A program made the position numbers and the translations under genes. A stretch of 64,000 bases of DNA from Halorutilales archaeon Cl-col2-1. GTDB lineage: Archaea; Halobacteriota; Halobacteria; Halobacteriales; Afararchaeaceae. The stretch lies in contig CP169074.1 of NCBI GenBank assembly GCA_041891055.1, positions 192,001 to 256,000 on the forward strand, read 5' to 3'. This document shows positions 31,075 to 40,846 of this stretch, piece after piece (positions within the stretch are counted from its first letter, which is position 1; every line of letters begins with the position of its first letter). The notes below the pieces were generated by a model. The model did not search any database, was not told where the DNA came from, and saw nothing but the letters and a program-made list of their open reading frames with translations.

Positions 31075-32655
31075 ATGAAGGCTTCAGATCTACTCGTGGA
31101 ATGTCTTGAGGTCGAGGGCGTAGAACACGTCTTCGGTCTCCCGGGGGAAGAGACCGAGGACTTGCTTTTCTCTCTACGTGACTCCGACATAGAGTTCATA
31201 CCCGTCCGCCACGAACAGGGTGCTGCGTTCATGGCAGACGTACACGGACGTCTCACGGGAGACGCAGGCGTCTGTCTCTCGACACTCGGACCCGGCGCGA
31301 CCAACCTTATAACGGGAGTCGCCGACGCACATCTCGACAAGAGTCCCACGGTGGCTATAACTAGTCAGGCTGGAAGGGAACGTCTCCACAAGGAGAGTCA
31401 CCAGGCACTCGACATAGTCGAGATGTTCGAGCCCGTCACGAAGTGGAACGCTCAGATCAACGACCCGTCCATTATAAACGAGTCTGTGAGGAAGGCGTTC
31501 AAGCTCGCCGAGTTCGAGAAGCCGGGTGCGACACATATAGAGTTCCCAGAGGACGTCGCCTCTGAGGAGGTCGGGGAGCGTCCGATGGAGCCGAGACAGC
31601 GTGTGAGACGTCCCGACCCCGACATGGCTTCAGTAGAGAGAGCCAAAAACCTCCTCGAAGACGCTGAAAGACCCCTCATAATCGCGGGAAACGGCGCTGT
31701 CAGAACCGACGCCTCGGAGCGCCTCAGAACCCTTGTCGACACGACGTGTATTCCGGTCGCTGCGACCTACATGGGTAAGGGTGCGGTCTCCGACACGAAC
31801 TCGTGTTCGCTCTTCACACTCGACTCGGGAGATCACGAGGAGGCTTCCGACGCCATAGCCAAGTCGGACGTCCTGATCACAGTCGGATTCGACATAGCCG
31901 AACACGACCCGGGAGACTGGAAGATAGACGACGACACCTCTATCATACACATAGACTACGAGCCCGCCGAGGTCTACGACGCATACAACCCGGAGGTCGA
32001 GATAGTTTCGGACATCTCGGCGGCTATACGTGAGCTACTAAAGATGGAACTCGGCGAGTTCGACACCCACTGGTACACCGACCTGCGCGACCATCTCCTC
32101 TCGGACGTCATGAAACAGCCTGCCGAGAGACACGACTTGACGGTCAGAGGCGTCTTACCCGTACTCAGAGAGGTAATGGACGACGACGATGTTCTGATCT
32201 CCGATGTCGGGAGCCATAAGATGGAGATAGCCCAGAACTACCCGACCTACGAGCCCAACACGTGTATAATCTCGAACGGCCTTGCGAGCATGGGTATAGC
32301 AGTCCCGGGAGGAATCGCCGCCGACTTGGCTGTTGACTCGAACGTCGTCGCCGCGACGGGGGACGGAGGCTTCCTCATGAACTCGTCGGAGCTAGAGACC
32401 GCACAGCGTCTCGGCTGCTCGTACACGGTTCTCCTCTTCAACGACAACGACTACGGTCTGATCTCCGAGAAACAGAACCGCCACAGGGGGGAGGACTTCG
32501 GGACACGTATCGGAAATCCTGACTTCGTCGAGTACGCCGAGAGCTTCGGGATAGAAGCCTACCGACCCGAGAGATGGGACGACGTCGAGCCGATGCTTCA
32601 GGAAGCCGTCGAGTCGGACGAGATGTCTCTCGTCGAGATAAGACTCGAAGACTAA
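31075..32655 (+). CDS. Acetolactate synthase large subunit-like ThDP enzyme
   Basis: FGLPGEE, RHEQGA, TLGPGATN, GDGG..N ThDP motif. Confidence 0.9.
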   Translation: MKASDLLVECLEVEGVEHVFGLPGEETEDLLFSLRDSDIEFIPVRHEQGAAFMADVHGRLTGDAGVCLSTLGPGATNLITGVADAHLDKSPTVAITSQAGRERLHKESHQALDIVEMFEPVTKWNAQINDPSIINESVRKAFKLAEFEKPGATHIEFPEDVASEEVGERPMEPRQRVRRPDPDMASVERAKNLLEDAERPLIIAGNGAVRTDASERLRTLVDTTCIPVAATYMGKGAVSDTNSCSLFTLDSGDHEEASDAIAKSDVLITVGFDIAEHDPGDWKIDDDTSIIHIDYEPAEVYDAYNPEVEIVSDISAAIRELLKMELGEFDTHWYTDLRDHLLSDVMKQPAERHDLTVRGVLPVLREVMDDDDVLISDVGSHKMEIAQNYPTYEPNTCIISNGLASMGIAVPGGIAADLAVDSNVVAATGDGGFLMNSSELETAQRLGCSYTVLLFNDNDYGLISEKQNRHRGEDFGTRIGNPDFVEYAESFGIEAYRPERWDDVEPMLQEAVESDEMSLVEIRLED

Positions 32656-32657
32656 AG

Positions 32658-34322
32658 ATGGAGTTCGGAGAGCTCGCTGAGAGAGCCGAGAAGGTCGAGG
32701 AGCTGTCGGGTGACTACGACAAGACAGACGAGGTCGCGCGTCTCTTCGGCGAATCTGAGACCGACGAAGACCTCGAAATATCGGCGCGTTTCATACAGGG
32801 TCGTCTGTTTCCGTCTTGGGACGACACCAAGCTCGACGTCGGCAGGTCGCTCCTCTACGACGGTCTGAGCCTCGCCACAGGCGTCACCGCCGACGAGGTC
32901 GAGGAGAAGGTTAAGGATATGGGAGACGTGGGTCTCGCAGCCGAGAGCTTTGACTACGGCGGACAGATGACACTCGGCTCCACGGATCTGACGCTTGAGT
33001 ACGTCCACCGACGTCTCAGAGACCTCGCCGAAGCCTCGGGTGGAGGGAGCCAGAAGAAGAAGGTACGTACACTCTCCGACCTCTTCAACGACGCGAAACC
33101 GAAGGAGGCGAAGTACATAGCCCGCCTCGTGGCGGGAGAGATGAGAGTCGGCGTCTCAGAAGGTACCGTGAGGGACGCCGTAGCCGAGGCTTTCGGCGTG
33201 GACGTCGACGAGGTCGAGAGAGGGCTGATGGTCACTAATGACGCCGGTGAGGTCGCAGTACGCGCGAGGGACGGCGACCTCTCAAACCTGAGTATGGAGG
33301 TCGGTAGACCCGTCAAGCCGATGCTCGCACAGGCGGGGAGCGTCGAAGAGATAGTTGACGAAGCGGGAGAAGTCGCAGTCGAGACGAAGTACGACGGCGC
33401 AAGACTCCAGATACACAGGGAGATGAACTGCGGCGGTGACGGGGATGGGGACGGTTCCGAGTACAGACTCTTCTCACGTAAACTGGAGGACGTTACCGAG
33501 TCACTCCCCGACGTCGTGGGGATACTCGAAGACGACATCGACGTCGACGAGAGTCTAATACTCGACTCGGAAGTCGTCGCAGTCGAGGAAGGCGAGCCGC
33601 TCGCATTTCAGGAAGTTCTGAGGAGATTCAGGAGGAAGTACGACGTAGAGAGGATGACCGACGAGGTCGAGCTACAGGTCAACGTCTTCGACGTTCTTTA
33701 CAGATCAACTGAAGGCGAGCTAATAGATCTTCCTCTGAGGAAGAGATACGACCATCTCTCCGAAGTCGTCCCGGATGTCTCCGCCGACCACAGTCTGTCA
33801 AAAGACATCGCCGAGGTCAGACGTGTCGAGAAGAAAGCACTCGACGAAGGACACGAGGGGGTCATGGTGAAGAAGCCCGGCAGTACCTACTCGCCTGGGA
33901 AGAGAGGCAAGGACTGGATAAAGGTGAAGCCTGAGCCCGAGACACTCGATCTCGTAGTAGTCGGGGGCGAGTGGGGTGAGGGGAGACGCGCCGATATGAT
34001 AGGCAGTTACCTCCTCGCAGCGACCGATGGAGACGGATCGGATCTCAAAACCGTTGGAAAGGTCGCTACGGGACTCACCGACGAAGACCTAGAACGTCTC
34101 ACACAGAGGTTCGAGTCCCTCATAACCCACGAGGACGGAAAGGAGATAGAGTTCAGACCCGAGGTCGTCTTCGAGGTCGGATACGAGGAGATACAGACGT
34201 CTCCGAAGTACACGAGCGGCTACGCTCTGAGGTTCCCGAGGTTCTTGGGTGTCAGAGAGGACAAATCCGTCGACGACGCCGACACGGTTGAGAGGATCGA
34301 ACGTCTCGTCTCTAGCCGTTAG
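32658..34322 (+). CDS. ligA: ATP-dependent DNA ligase
   Basis: KYDGAR adenylation motif, EGVMVK, WIKVK, LRFPRF. ATG at 32658. Confidence 0.95.
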   Translation: MEFGELAERAEKVEELSGDYDKTDEVARLFGESETDEDLEISARFIQGRLFPSWDDTKLDVGRSLLYDGLSLATGVTADEVEEKVKDMGDVGLAAESFDYGGQMTLGSTDLTLEYVHRRLRDLAEASGGGSQKKKVRTLSDLFNDAKPKEAKYIARLVAGEMRVGVSEGTVRDAVAEAFGVDVDEVERGLMVTNDAGEVAVRARDGDLSNLSMEVGRPVKPMLAQAGSVEEIVDEAGEVAVETKYDGARLQIHREMNCGGDGDGDGSEYRLFSRKLEDVTESLPDVVGILEDDIDVDESLILDSEVVAVEEGEPLAFQEVLRRFRRKYDVERMTDEVELQVNVFDVLYRSTEGELIDLPLRKRYDHLSEVVPDVSADHSLSKDIAEVRRVEKKALDEGHEGVMVKKPGSTYSPGKRGKDWIKVKPEPETLDLVVVGGEWGEGRRADMIGSYLLAATDGDGSDLKTVGKVATGLTDEDLERLTQRFESLITHEDGKEIEFRPEVVFEVGYEEIQTSPKYTSGYALRFPRFLGVREDKSVDDADTVERIERLVSSR

Positions 34323-34644
34323 TGTTAGTAATGTCAGACTTGTCCGTCTCCGATCCGAGTTCGTCGGTGTTAGCATTGGCGTTCGCATCGACGTACGCCG
34401 CTACGAAGACTGAGACGACTGCGGCGAATCCAAGGTACAGCGTCAGGGTTCCTCCCACAGAACCCCATATTAGGAAGAAGACTGCGGCGGGGAGTGACTT
34501 CAGGAATGACGAAAGTACGAGACACGAGTTCCCTCTGACACAGTTCAGACCCGCGGTTCCGACTCCCGCGACTATCGGAAGGAGAGTCCCCGTGAGTCCT
34601 ACGGCTAAGGATACCATTCTGTTCTGTCTACGGGGAGGAGACAT
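34312..34644 (-). CDS. Hypothetical membrane protein
   Basis: Hydrophobic segments, co-oriented with the upstream presenilin gene. Confidence 0.5.
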   Translation of the reverse strand: MSPPRRQNRMVSLAVGLTGTLLPIVAGVGTAGLNCVRGNSCLVLSSFLKSLPAAVFFLIWGSVGGTLTLYLGFAAVVSVFVAAYVDANANANTDELGSETDKSDITNTNG

Positions 34645-34682
34645 ATAAGTTCGGAGATATCAACCCGGCTCAAAACGCTAGT

Positions 34683-35618
34683 TTACGCCAGCGACAGTAT
34701 CTCAGTCACGGGAACCCCGAGAGCCAAGACTCCGACGACGAATCCCGCAATTGTCCCTCCGTTGAGCAAAGGGAGTCCCGCGTGAGGCTTCCCCTTCGAG
34801 ACGAGGTACATCAGCGCGGCAAAGCCGACGAAAGATCCCACGATTCCTCCGAGTGCGGGGTAGTTGAGAGCTATCGGAAGACCGAGGTCGCCGCCGAGGA
34901 AATGGGCACTACTCGCTATCAGAACCGAGGGAATGACGGCGTCTCCGAGACCCATGAAGAAGGCGTCCCTGTCGTCTCGGCTCGTCTCGTCGTCTCCGTC
35001 TCCGCCGGTTCCTGTTGGGTCTCCCTGCTTTGACGCCTCTATGAAAGAGTAGCCGGGCTTAGTTGGAACTATGAAGAGTATCGGAAGACGCATCTCGCTG
35101 ACACCCTCGGCGAGCGCGAGCATGTGTCTCGTCCTGTAGACTGCTATCGCGTCGTAGACTGCAAGGAGGACGAGAAGAACTAGGGACGGGAGTACTCCGA
35201 AGCTGATTCCGAAGAGCCCTCCTCCCGCACCACCCATCAGAACCGCGGCGGAGTCTATGACGTACCACTCGGGGTAGAGATAGAGGAGAACTGCGACCCC
35301 CGCGCCTCCGAGTAGGGCAAACGGAAGGGGGAGTAAGACGCTGAGGGCGTAGTAAGACAGACTTCCCGCGCTGAGTAGGATGACTCCTCTCAGAATCCAG
35401 TCCATGCCGTACTTCATGACAGCCAGCATGACTGCGGTGAAGACGAGTATGAATGCGATGTAGACTACCGAGTTGATGGGATTACTCGGGTTCTGAGTAG
35501 CCTGCATTCCGGCTGCGTCGAAACGTGGCACGAGGGCGAGAGACAGTACTTCGACGCCGAGCATTAGGGCACCCATCGAGACGTAAGGAAGGACTCCTCG
35601 TAGATGTCGGCGTGGCAT
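34683..35618 (-). CDS. Presenilin-family intramembrane aspartyl protease
   Basis: YD motif (AVYDAIAV), GLGD, PAL-like HAGLPLLN. ATG at 35618. Confidence 0.93.
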   Translation of the reverse strand: MPRRHLRGVLPYVSMGALMLGVEVLSLALVPRFDAAGMQATQNPSNPINSVVYIAFILVFTAVMLAVMKYGMDWILRGVILLSAGSLSYYALSVLLPLPFALLGGAGVAVLLYLYPEWYVIDSAAVLMGGAGGGLFGISFGVLPSLVLLVLLAVYDAIAVYRTRHMLALAEGVSEMRLPILFIVPTKPGYSFIEASKQGDPTGTGGDGDDETSRDDRDAFFMGLGDAVIPSVLIASSAHFLGGDLGLPIALNYPALGGIVGSFVGFAALMYLVSKGKPHAGLPLLNGGTIAGFVVGVLALGVPVTEILSLA

Positions 35619-35707
35619 TAGAGGAAGATACCGTCTCGGACATATGGTTCTTCTCCTTTCCCCTTTCTCACCGCAACTCTTTTGCTCGGAATCCACGTCT
35701 CGCCCGT

Positions 35708-36694
35708 ATGGGTGCTGACATAGGCAGTCTCGTCTCTAAACGTGAGATACAGGTCGAGGAAGCGAGCGGAAAGGTCGGAATGGACGCCTTCAACACCTTA
35801 TACAGCTTCCTCGCCAACATAAGACAGCGCGACGGAACCCCCCTGAAGGACTCGAAGGGACGCGTGACCTCACATCTCAGCGGTCTTCTCTACAGGAACG
35901 CCAACCTATTCGAGGCGGGTATAAAGCCGTGTTACGTCTTCGACGGTGCACCGCCTCAGTTAAAGTCAGAGACCGTAGAGAAGAGGCAAGAGAGACGCGA
36001 GGAGGCAGAGGAGGCATACGAGGAGGCGAAGCAAGAGGGGGACACAGAGGAGATGTTCCGGAGGGCACAGCAGGCGACGAGTATACGTGAGGAAGAAGTC
36101 GAGACTAGCATAAAGCTCCTCGATGCCCTCAATATTCCCTGGGTAGAGGCTCCGAGCGAGGGCGAGGCACAGGCGGCGGCGATGGTCGTAGACGGCGACC
36201 TCGACTACGTCGGATCTCAGGACTACGACGCTGTGCTCTTCGGTGCTCCCGAACTCGTGAGGAACCTCGCTGTGAGGGGAAAGGGAGACAGAGACCTGAC
36301 TCCTGAGTTAGTGAGTCTCGAAGACACACTCGACTCGCTCGGGATGACACGTTCCGAGCTCATAGAGGTCGCCATACTCGTCGGAACCGACTACAACGAC
36401 GGCGTACACGGAGTCGGACCTAAGACAGCCGTCGATCTGATACGTGACGAGGGAATGAGCATCGACGAGGCTCTCGACGAGTACGACGCCGAGATAGACT
36501 GGAAGCCGATAAAAGATCTCTACCTCGACCCCGAGGTCGAACGCGGCTACGACCTCGACTGGGGCGCTCCCGACGAGGAAGAGGTCGTCGACCTCCTGTG
36601 TGGCGAACACGACTTCTCGGAGGACAGGGTGAGATCCGCAGTCGGCAGAATCTCCTCGTCGGTCGAACAGAGCTCTCTCGACAGATGGACGTAA
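35708..36694 (+). CDS. fen: Flap endonuclease 1
   Basis: DAFNTLYSFL..IRQ.DG.PL, VFDG, EGEAQA, SQDYD, GTDYN, C-terminal PIP box QSSLDRW. Confidence 0.96.
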   Translation: MGADIGSLVSKREIQVEEASGKVGMDAFNTLYSFLANIRQRDGTPLKDSKGRVTSHLSGLLYRNANLFEAGIKPCYVFDGAPPQLKSETVEKRQERREEAEEAYEEAKQEGDTEEMFRRAQQATSIREEEVETSIKLLDALNIPWVEAPSEGEAQAAAMVVDGDLDYVGSQDYDAVLFGAPELVRNLAVRGKGDRDLTPELVSLEDTLDSLGMTRSELIEVAILVGTDYNDGVHGVGPKTAVDLIRDEGMSIDEALDEYDAEIDWKPIKDLYLDPEVERGYDLDWGAPDEEEVVDLLCGEHDFSEDRVRSAVGRISSSVEQSSLDRWT

Positions 36695-36736
36695 CGATGG
36701 AGTTAACTTCGAGCCCTATCTATCTTTTAAATAACT

Positions 36737-38533
36737 ATGTCGGGTCAGGATCAGACGGAAGCCGAGGGACGTACGGATCTCAGGACTCCTATAGTGAGTG
36801 TCCTGGGTCACGTCGACCACGGCAAGACTACTCTTCTCGATAAGGTACGAGGGACTGCTGTCGCTGAGGGTGAGGCGGGTGCTATAACCCAGCACATAGG
36901 GGCTACTGCGGTTCCGATAGACGTCATAGAGGGAATCTGTTCGTCGCTCATCTCGGAGGAGTTCGAGGTTCCGGGTCTCCTCTTCATAGACACGCCCGGG
37001 CACCACGCATTCACGACACTGCGTTCGAGGGGTGGTGCTCTCTCGGACATCGCTATCGTAGTCGTCGACATAAACGACGGCTTCCAGCCTCAGACACTCG
37101 AAGCACTACGGATTCTTTCACAGTACGAGACCCCGTTCGTCCTCGCAGCCAACAAGATAGACATGCTCCCGGGATGGGAGTCGGAGGAGGACGTGCCGTT
37201 CCAGAAGACCTACCAGAACCAGTCGGAGAAGGTACAGCAGAGACTCGACAACGCTCTCTACGAGATCATAGGCGACCTCCACGAGGAGGGATTCCACGCC
37301 GACAGATACGACAGGATAGACAACTTCAGGAGCAACATAGGAATCGTACCCATAAGCGCGCTCACGGGAGAGGGTATCGGCGACCTCTTTATGGTTCTCG
37401 TCGGACTAGCACAGACCTACCTCAAGGAGAACCTCGAACTCCACGCCGAGGGTCCCGGAGTCGGAACTGTCGTCGAGATAAAGGAGGAGAGAGGCTTCGG
37501 GACGACCGTCGACATAATACTCTATGACGGCGTCGTGAACGTCGGAGACGAGATAGTCGTCGGCGGCAAACGTGACCCGATCACGACGGAGATACGTGCT
37601 CTACTACGTCCGAAGCCACTCGCCGAGATGAGGGAGGACGCGGGGTTCGAACAGGTCGATCAGGTAACAGCCGCAGACGGAATAAAGGTCGCAGCACCCG
37701 ACCTCGACGACGCGATGGCAGGAGCCCCCATACGTGTCGTGGGAGACGACGAGACCGCCGAGGAGGTCGCCGAGGAGGTGCGTGAGGAGATGGAGTCCGC
37801 CGAGATCGAGACGGGTAAGGAAGGCGTGACTATCAAAGCCGACACGCTCGGCTCTGTCGAGGCTCTCGGAAAGGCACTCTCGGAGGAGGAGATCAAGATA
37901 CACAAGGCAGACGAGGGCTCTGTCACTAAGAGAGACGTCATAGACGCTGAGACCGCAGACGAGAGGAAGCACAGAGCTATACTCGCGTTCAACACCGAAG
38001 TTCTCGACGACGCGCGCGAGTACGCCCAGAACTCGCTCGTCAAGATATTCGAGGGTAAGGTCATCTACCGTCTCATGGAGGAGTACGAGGACTGGGTCGA
38101 GGGAATCGAGTCTGAACGTACCGAGAAGATGCTCGAATCCGTCGTACGTCCCTCGAAGTTCCGTATACTCCCAGACCACGTCTTCAGACAGTCAGACCCC
38201 GCCGTCGTGGGTGTTGAGATACTCGGTGGGCATCTCGAGAAAAATATCCCGGTGGCGAAAGACGGCGACAGGGTCGGAAACGTCAAGGGGATACAGAGAC
38301 AGGGTGACGACGTCGACTCCGCCGACGAGGGCGAGAGGGTCTCGGTGGCTATCGACGGTCCAACCGTTGGAAGACAGATAGACGAGGAGGACGTCCTCTA
38401 CGCCGAGATTCCCGAGAAACACGCGAAGGCACTCGAACAGGAGATGTACGACGCCCTCGAAGACTCCGAACAGGCGATACTCGATGAGTACCTCGAAGAG
38501 AAGAGACAGATCGATCCTTTCTGGGGGAAGTAG
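36737..38533 (+). CDS. infB: Translation initiation factor aIF5B (IF-2)
   Basis: [25 protein letters not shown]-terminal DPFWGK. Confidence 0.97.
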   Translation: MSGQDQTEAEGRTDLRTPIVSVLGHVDHGKTTLLDKVRGTAVAEGEAGAITQHIGATAVPIDVIEGICSSLISEEFEVPGLLFIDTPGHHAFTTLRSRGGALSDIAIVVVDINDGFQPQTLEALRILSQYETPFVLAANKIDMLPGWESEEDVPFQKTYQNQSEKVQQRLDNALYEIIGDLHEEGFHADRYDRIDNFRSNIGIVPISALTGEGIGDLFMVLVGLAQTYLKENLELHAEGPGVGTVVEIKEERGFGTTVDIILYDGVVNVGDEIVVGGKRDPITTEIRALLRPKPLAEMREDAGFEQVDQVTAADGIKVAAPDLDDAMAGAPIRVVGDDETAEEVAEEVREEMESAEIETGKEGVTIKADTLGSVEALGKALSEEEIKIHKADEGSVTKRDVIDAETADERKHRAILAFNTEVLDDAREYAQNSLVKIFEGKVIYRLMEEYEDWVEGIESERTEKMLESVVRPSKFRILPDHVFRQSDPAVVGVEILGGHLEKNIPVAKDGDRVGNVKGIQRQGDDVDSADEGERVSVAIDGPTVGRQIDEEDVLYAEIPEKHAKALEQEMYDALEDSEQAILDEYLEEKRQIDPFWGK

Positions 38534-38810
38534 GCTCTTTGTGTAGCCAATTGTGTAGACAATTTGCGGGCCTATCGGAGCGAACGCGCCAGACTACTCT
38601 ATTAATTTGATATGTGTTCTACGCGCCACTTCTCTCCCCACGCACATAATCACCCGAAGGCGGTACGACTCCTCCGTCGTAATTACTGAGCGGATAGGTC
38701 CCCTACTCTCCACGGTAGGGGGTCGGTGTTCGAGGGCGGTGTGTCGGAACAATCCGCGCATATATGAGCGGCCCCGCCACCCGTGTCTGAGCCTCAAAAT
38801 TAGTTATTTG

Positions 38811-39086
38811 TCAGATATTGAATACTGGGGAAGGGGTCTTCTCCCACGCTTCTTTCTCCCCCCAAACCTTGAATCGGCTATTCTCCTCTACTTGATCTGA
38901 ATCCAGAGAATCAACAAGATTCCCACCCAAAGCGACAAATTCGTAGTTACTTCGGTCAGGTTGGTATAGCATATATGTTCCCGTACTCTTTTCCTTCGCT
39001 ACGGTCAGGAAGGTTTCGCCGTCATCAACAGAAACGTCGGGGTCATTTGCGAACTCGGGCACCAGATTGACTTTAACTTGCGTCAT
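38811..39086 (-). CDS. Hypothetical protein in island (91 aa)
   Basis: ATG at 39086 preceded by a TTTAAA box; acidic; no family recognised. Confidence 0.6.
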   Translation of the reverse strand: MTQVKVNLVPEFANDPDVSVDDGETFLTVAKEKSTGTYMLYQPDRSNYEFVALGGNLVDSLDSDQVEENSRFKVWGEKEAWEKTPSPVFNI

Positions 39087-39308
39087 ATCTGTTATAATCA
39101 AATGTAGCAATTTAAATGTGGTGCGCCGACCGCCACCGCCCCGCGTGTCGGGAGCGGTCGGGCGTGCGCCTCCCTCGCCAACGCGGCCCGCCTAAGCGTC
39201 TGAATCGTCCCACAAGCGTCTTACATCACCGATAAATCATTGCTGTTGAATCTGTATAAACAGAATTTTCGGTGCCCATATAGATATGAGTGAACGCTTC
39301 AAGCAGAA

Positions 39309-39737
39309 TCAATCACCAGCATATACAAGTACTTCATTTTTTAGGCTCTCGGGAGACCGTGGGTACTCATTCGCCGCAGAATACAACTCTGAAATCGCTT
39401 TATCCTGTATATTTTCTGCCTCGGAAACATTCTCCTCAAATTTAGCATCATTATCCAAATAGGATTTACACTCTTCCTCAAACAGAGAGGCTGCTGACTT
39501 CAGATGCTTTGTCGCTGCTAATCCTCTGTTAACTGGTTTCACGAATACATCCTCGTTTTTGACCTCGCACTGGCTGATAAACTGATTACATTCGTTCCAC
39601 GGGGCATCAAAGTGTTCAGTTCCATTGATTCGATTGTCTAAGTATTCTTGTATTTCCCGTAATCTCTCAATAGCATCGTAAAACCTAAGCCGTCTTTTTG
39701 AGTTTTTAGTTAGATCACCAGCTAATATACGCTGGTT
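39309..39737 (-). pseudogene. 5'-truncated helical protein remnant in island
   Basis: Frame is open for 142 codons back to a TGA at 39738-39740 with no ATG; only an internal GTG at 39542. Confidence 0.5.
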
Positions 39738-39965
39738 TCAGAATGGTTTAGCTCAGGAGTTTGTACATATTCATCCCCAAAATATCGACTCCTCCTAGTG
39801 ATTCACCAGAGCCCCTTAGTTATATATCACCATTAGGATCGGAGATATAAATCTCTTACGTAGAAGTTACGTAATAAACTCCCTACTTCTGGGGGAAGTA
39901 GGCTTTTCGTTTTCGACGGTCACACCAGACGCCTTTTATCCGTGTAGTGCTACTCTCGAACAAGA

Positions 39966-40622
39966 ATGTGCGACGACAGCGACCATGACCACAGCCGTGT
40001 CCACGGTCACAGGAGGACTTCCGACCTCGCCTCGCCAAATCAGAGTCGACGCCGTTTTCTCCTGAGCGTAGGAGCCACGGCGACCGCGGCGACGGCGGGC
40101 TGTCTCGGCTTAGGCGGTACCGCAGAAGCTCCCGATCCGATATCACTCGAAAGCAGAGACCATATCTGCGAGCTCTGTGGCATGGTGATACCGATGCATC
40201 CCGGTCCTGTTGCCCAGATATTCTACAAGGATCACAAGCCCGACGGCCCACCGCCGAAGGACAACCCCGCTCGTTTCTGTTCGAACTGGGAGGCGTTCAA
40301 GTACGAGTTCAACCACGAGAACAGGGGATGGAACTCGACGGCTTTCTACACGACGGATTACTCGTCGGTCGACTACGAACTCTACGACGAGGGCGACGAC
40401 ACGTATATTACCGCACATTTCGAGCCCGAGACCTTCGCCGACGCGACCGAGCTAACCTACCTCGTCGGCTCCGACATCAAGGGAGCGATGGCGCGCGACC
40501 TCATAGGCTTCTCCGAAAAATCTGAGGTGGAGGAGCTTCAGACCGAGTACGGCGGCGACATAATGGAGTACGGCGACGTCAGTATAGAGACAGTCGGTGT
40601 TCTGGAGAACTCGTATCGGTGA
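39966..40622 (+). CDS. nosL: NosL-family Tat-exported Cu-binding lipoprotein
   Basis: SRRRFL Tat signal, TAGC lipobox, CELCGM, FCS, GAMA motifs. Confidence 0.85.
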   Translation: MCDDSDHDHSRVHGHRRTSDLASPNQSRRRFLLSVGATATAATAGCLGLGGTAEAPDPISLESRDHICELCGMVIPMHPGPVAQIFYKDHKPDGPPPKDNPARFCSNWEAFKYEFNHENRGWNSTAFYTTDYSSVDYELYDEGDDTYITAHFEPETFADATELTYLVGSDIKGAMARDLIGFSEKSEVEELQTEYGGDIMEYGDVSIETVGVLENSYR

Positions 40623-40729
40623 TTTGTCAAAATAGGAACCGTGGGTTCGCTCACTTGGTTCGCTCACGCGCCGAGTATGGTCGAGCAAAGCTCGACTGAC
40701 TCGCCGCTCCTTTCCTTTACACTCCAATA

Positions 40730-40805
40730 CGCGCCGAGCAGGATTTGAACCCGCGAACCTGCTGGTCCGAAGCCAGCCGCTCTGTCCAAACTGAGCTATC
40801 GGCGC
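40730..40805 (-). tRNA. tRNA-Arg (TCG)
   Basis: Minus strand GCGCCGA...TCGGCGC-G, anticodon arm GCTGG-CTTCGGA-CCAGC, GTTCAAATC. Confidence 0.95.
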
Positions 40806-40846
40806 ATCACAACTCTATACGTAAAATCCCCCGATAAGGGTTCTGG

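Larger units (their letters stand above)
38519..39904. mobile_element. Integrase-less island integrated in the 3' end of infB, bounded by an 18-bp direct repeat (attL/attR-like)
   Basis: TTCTGGGGGAAGTAGGCT at 38519-38536 and 39887-39904. Interior is visibly AT-richer with non-host codon usage. Confidence 0.8.
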
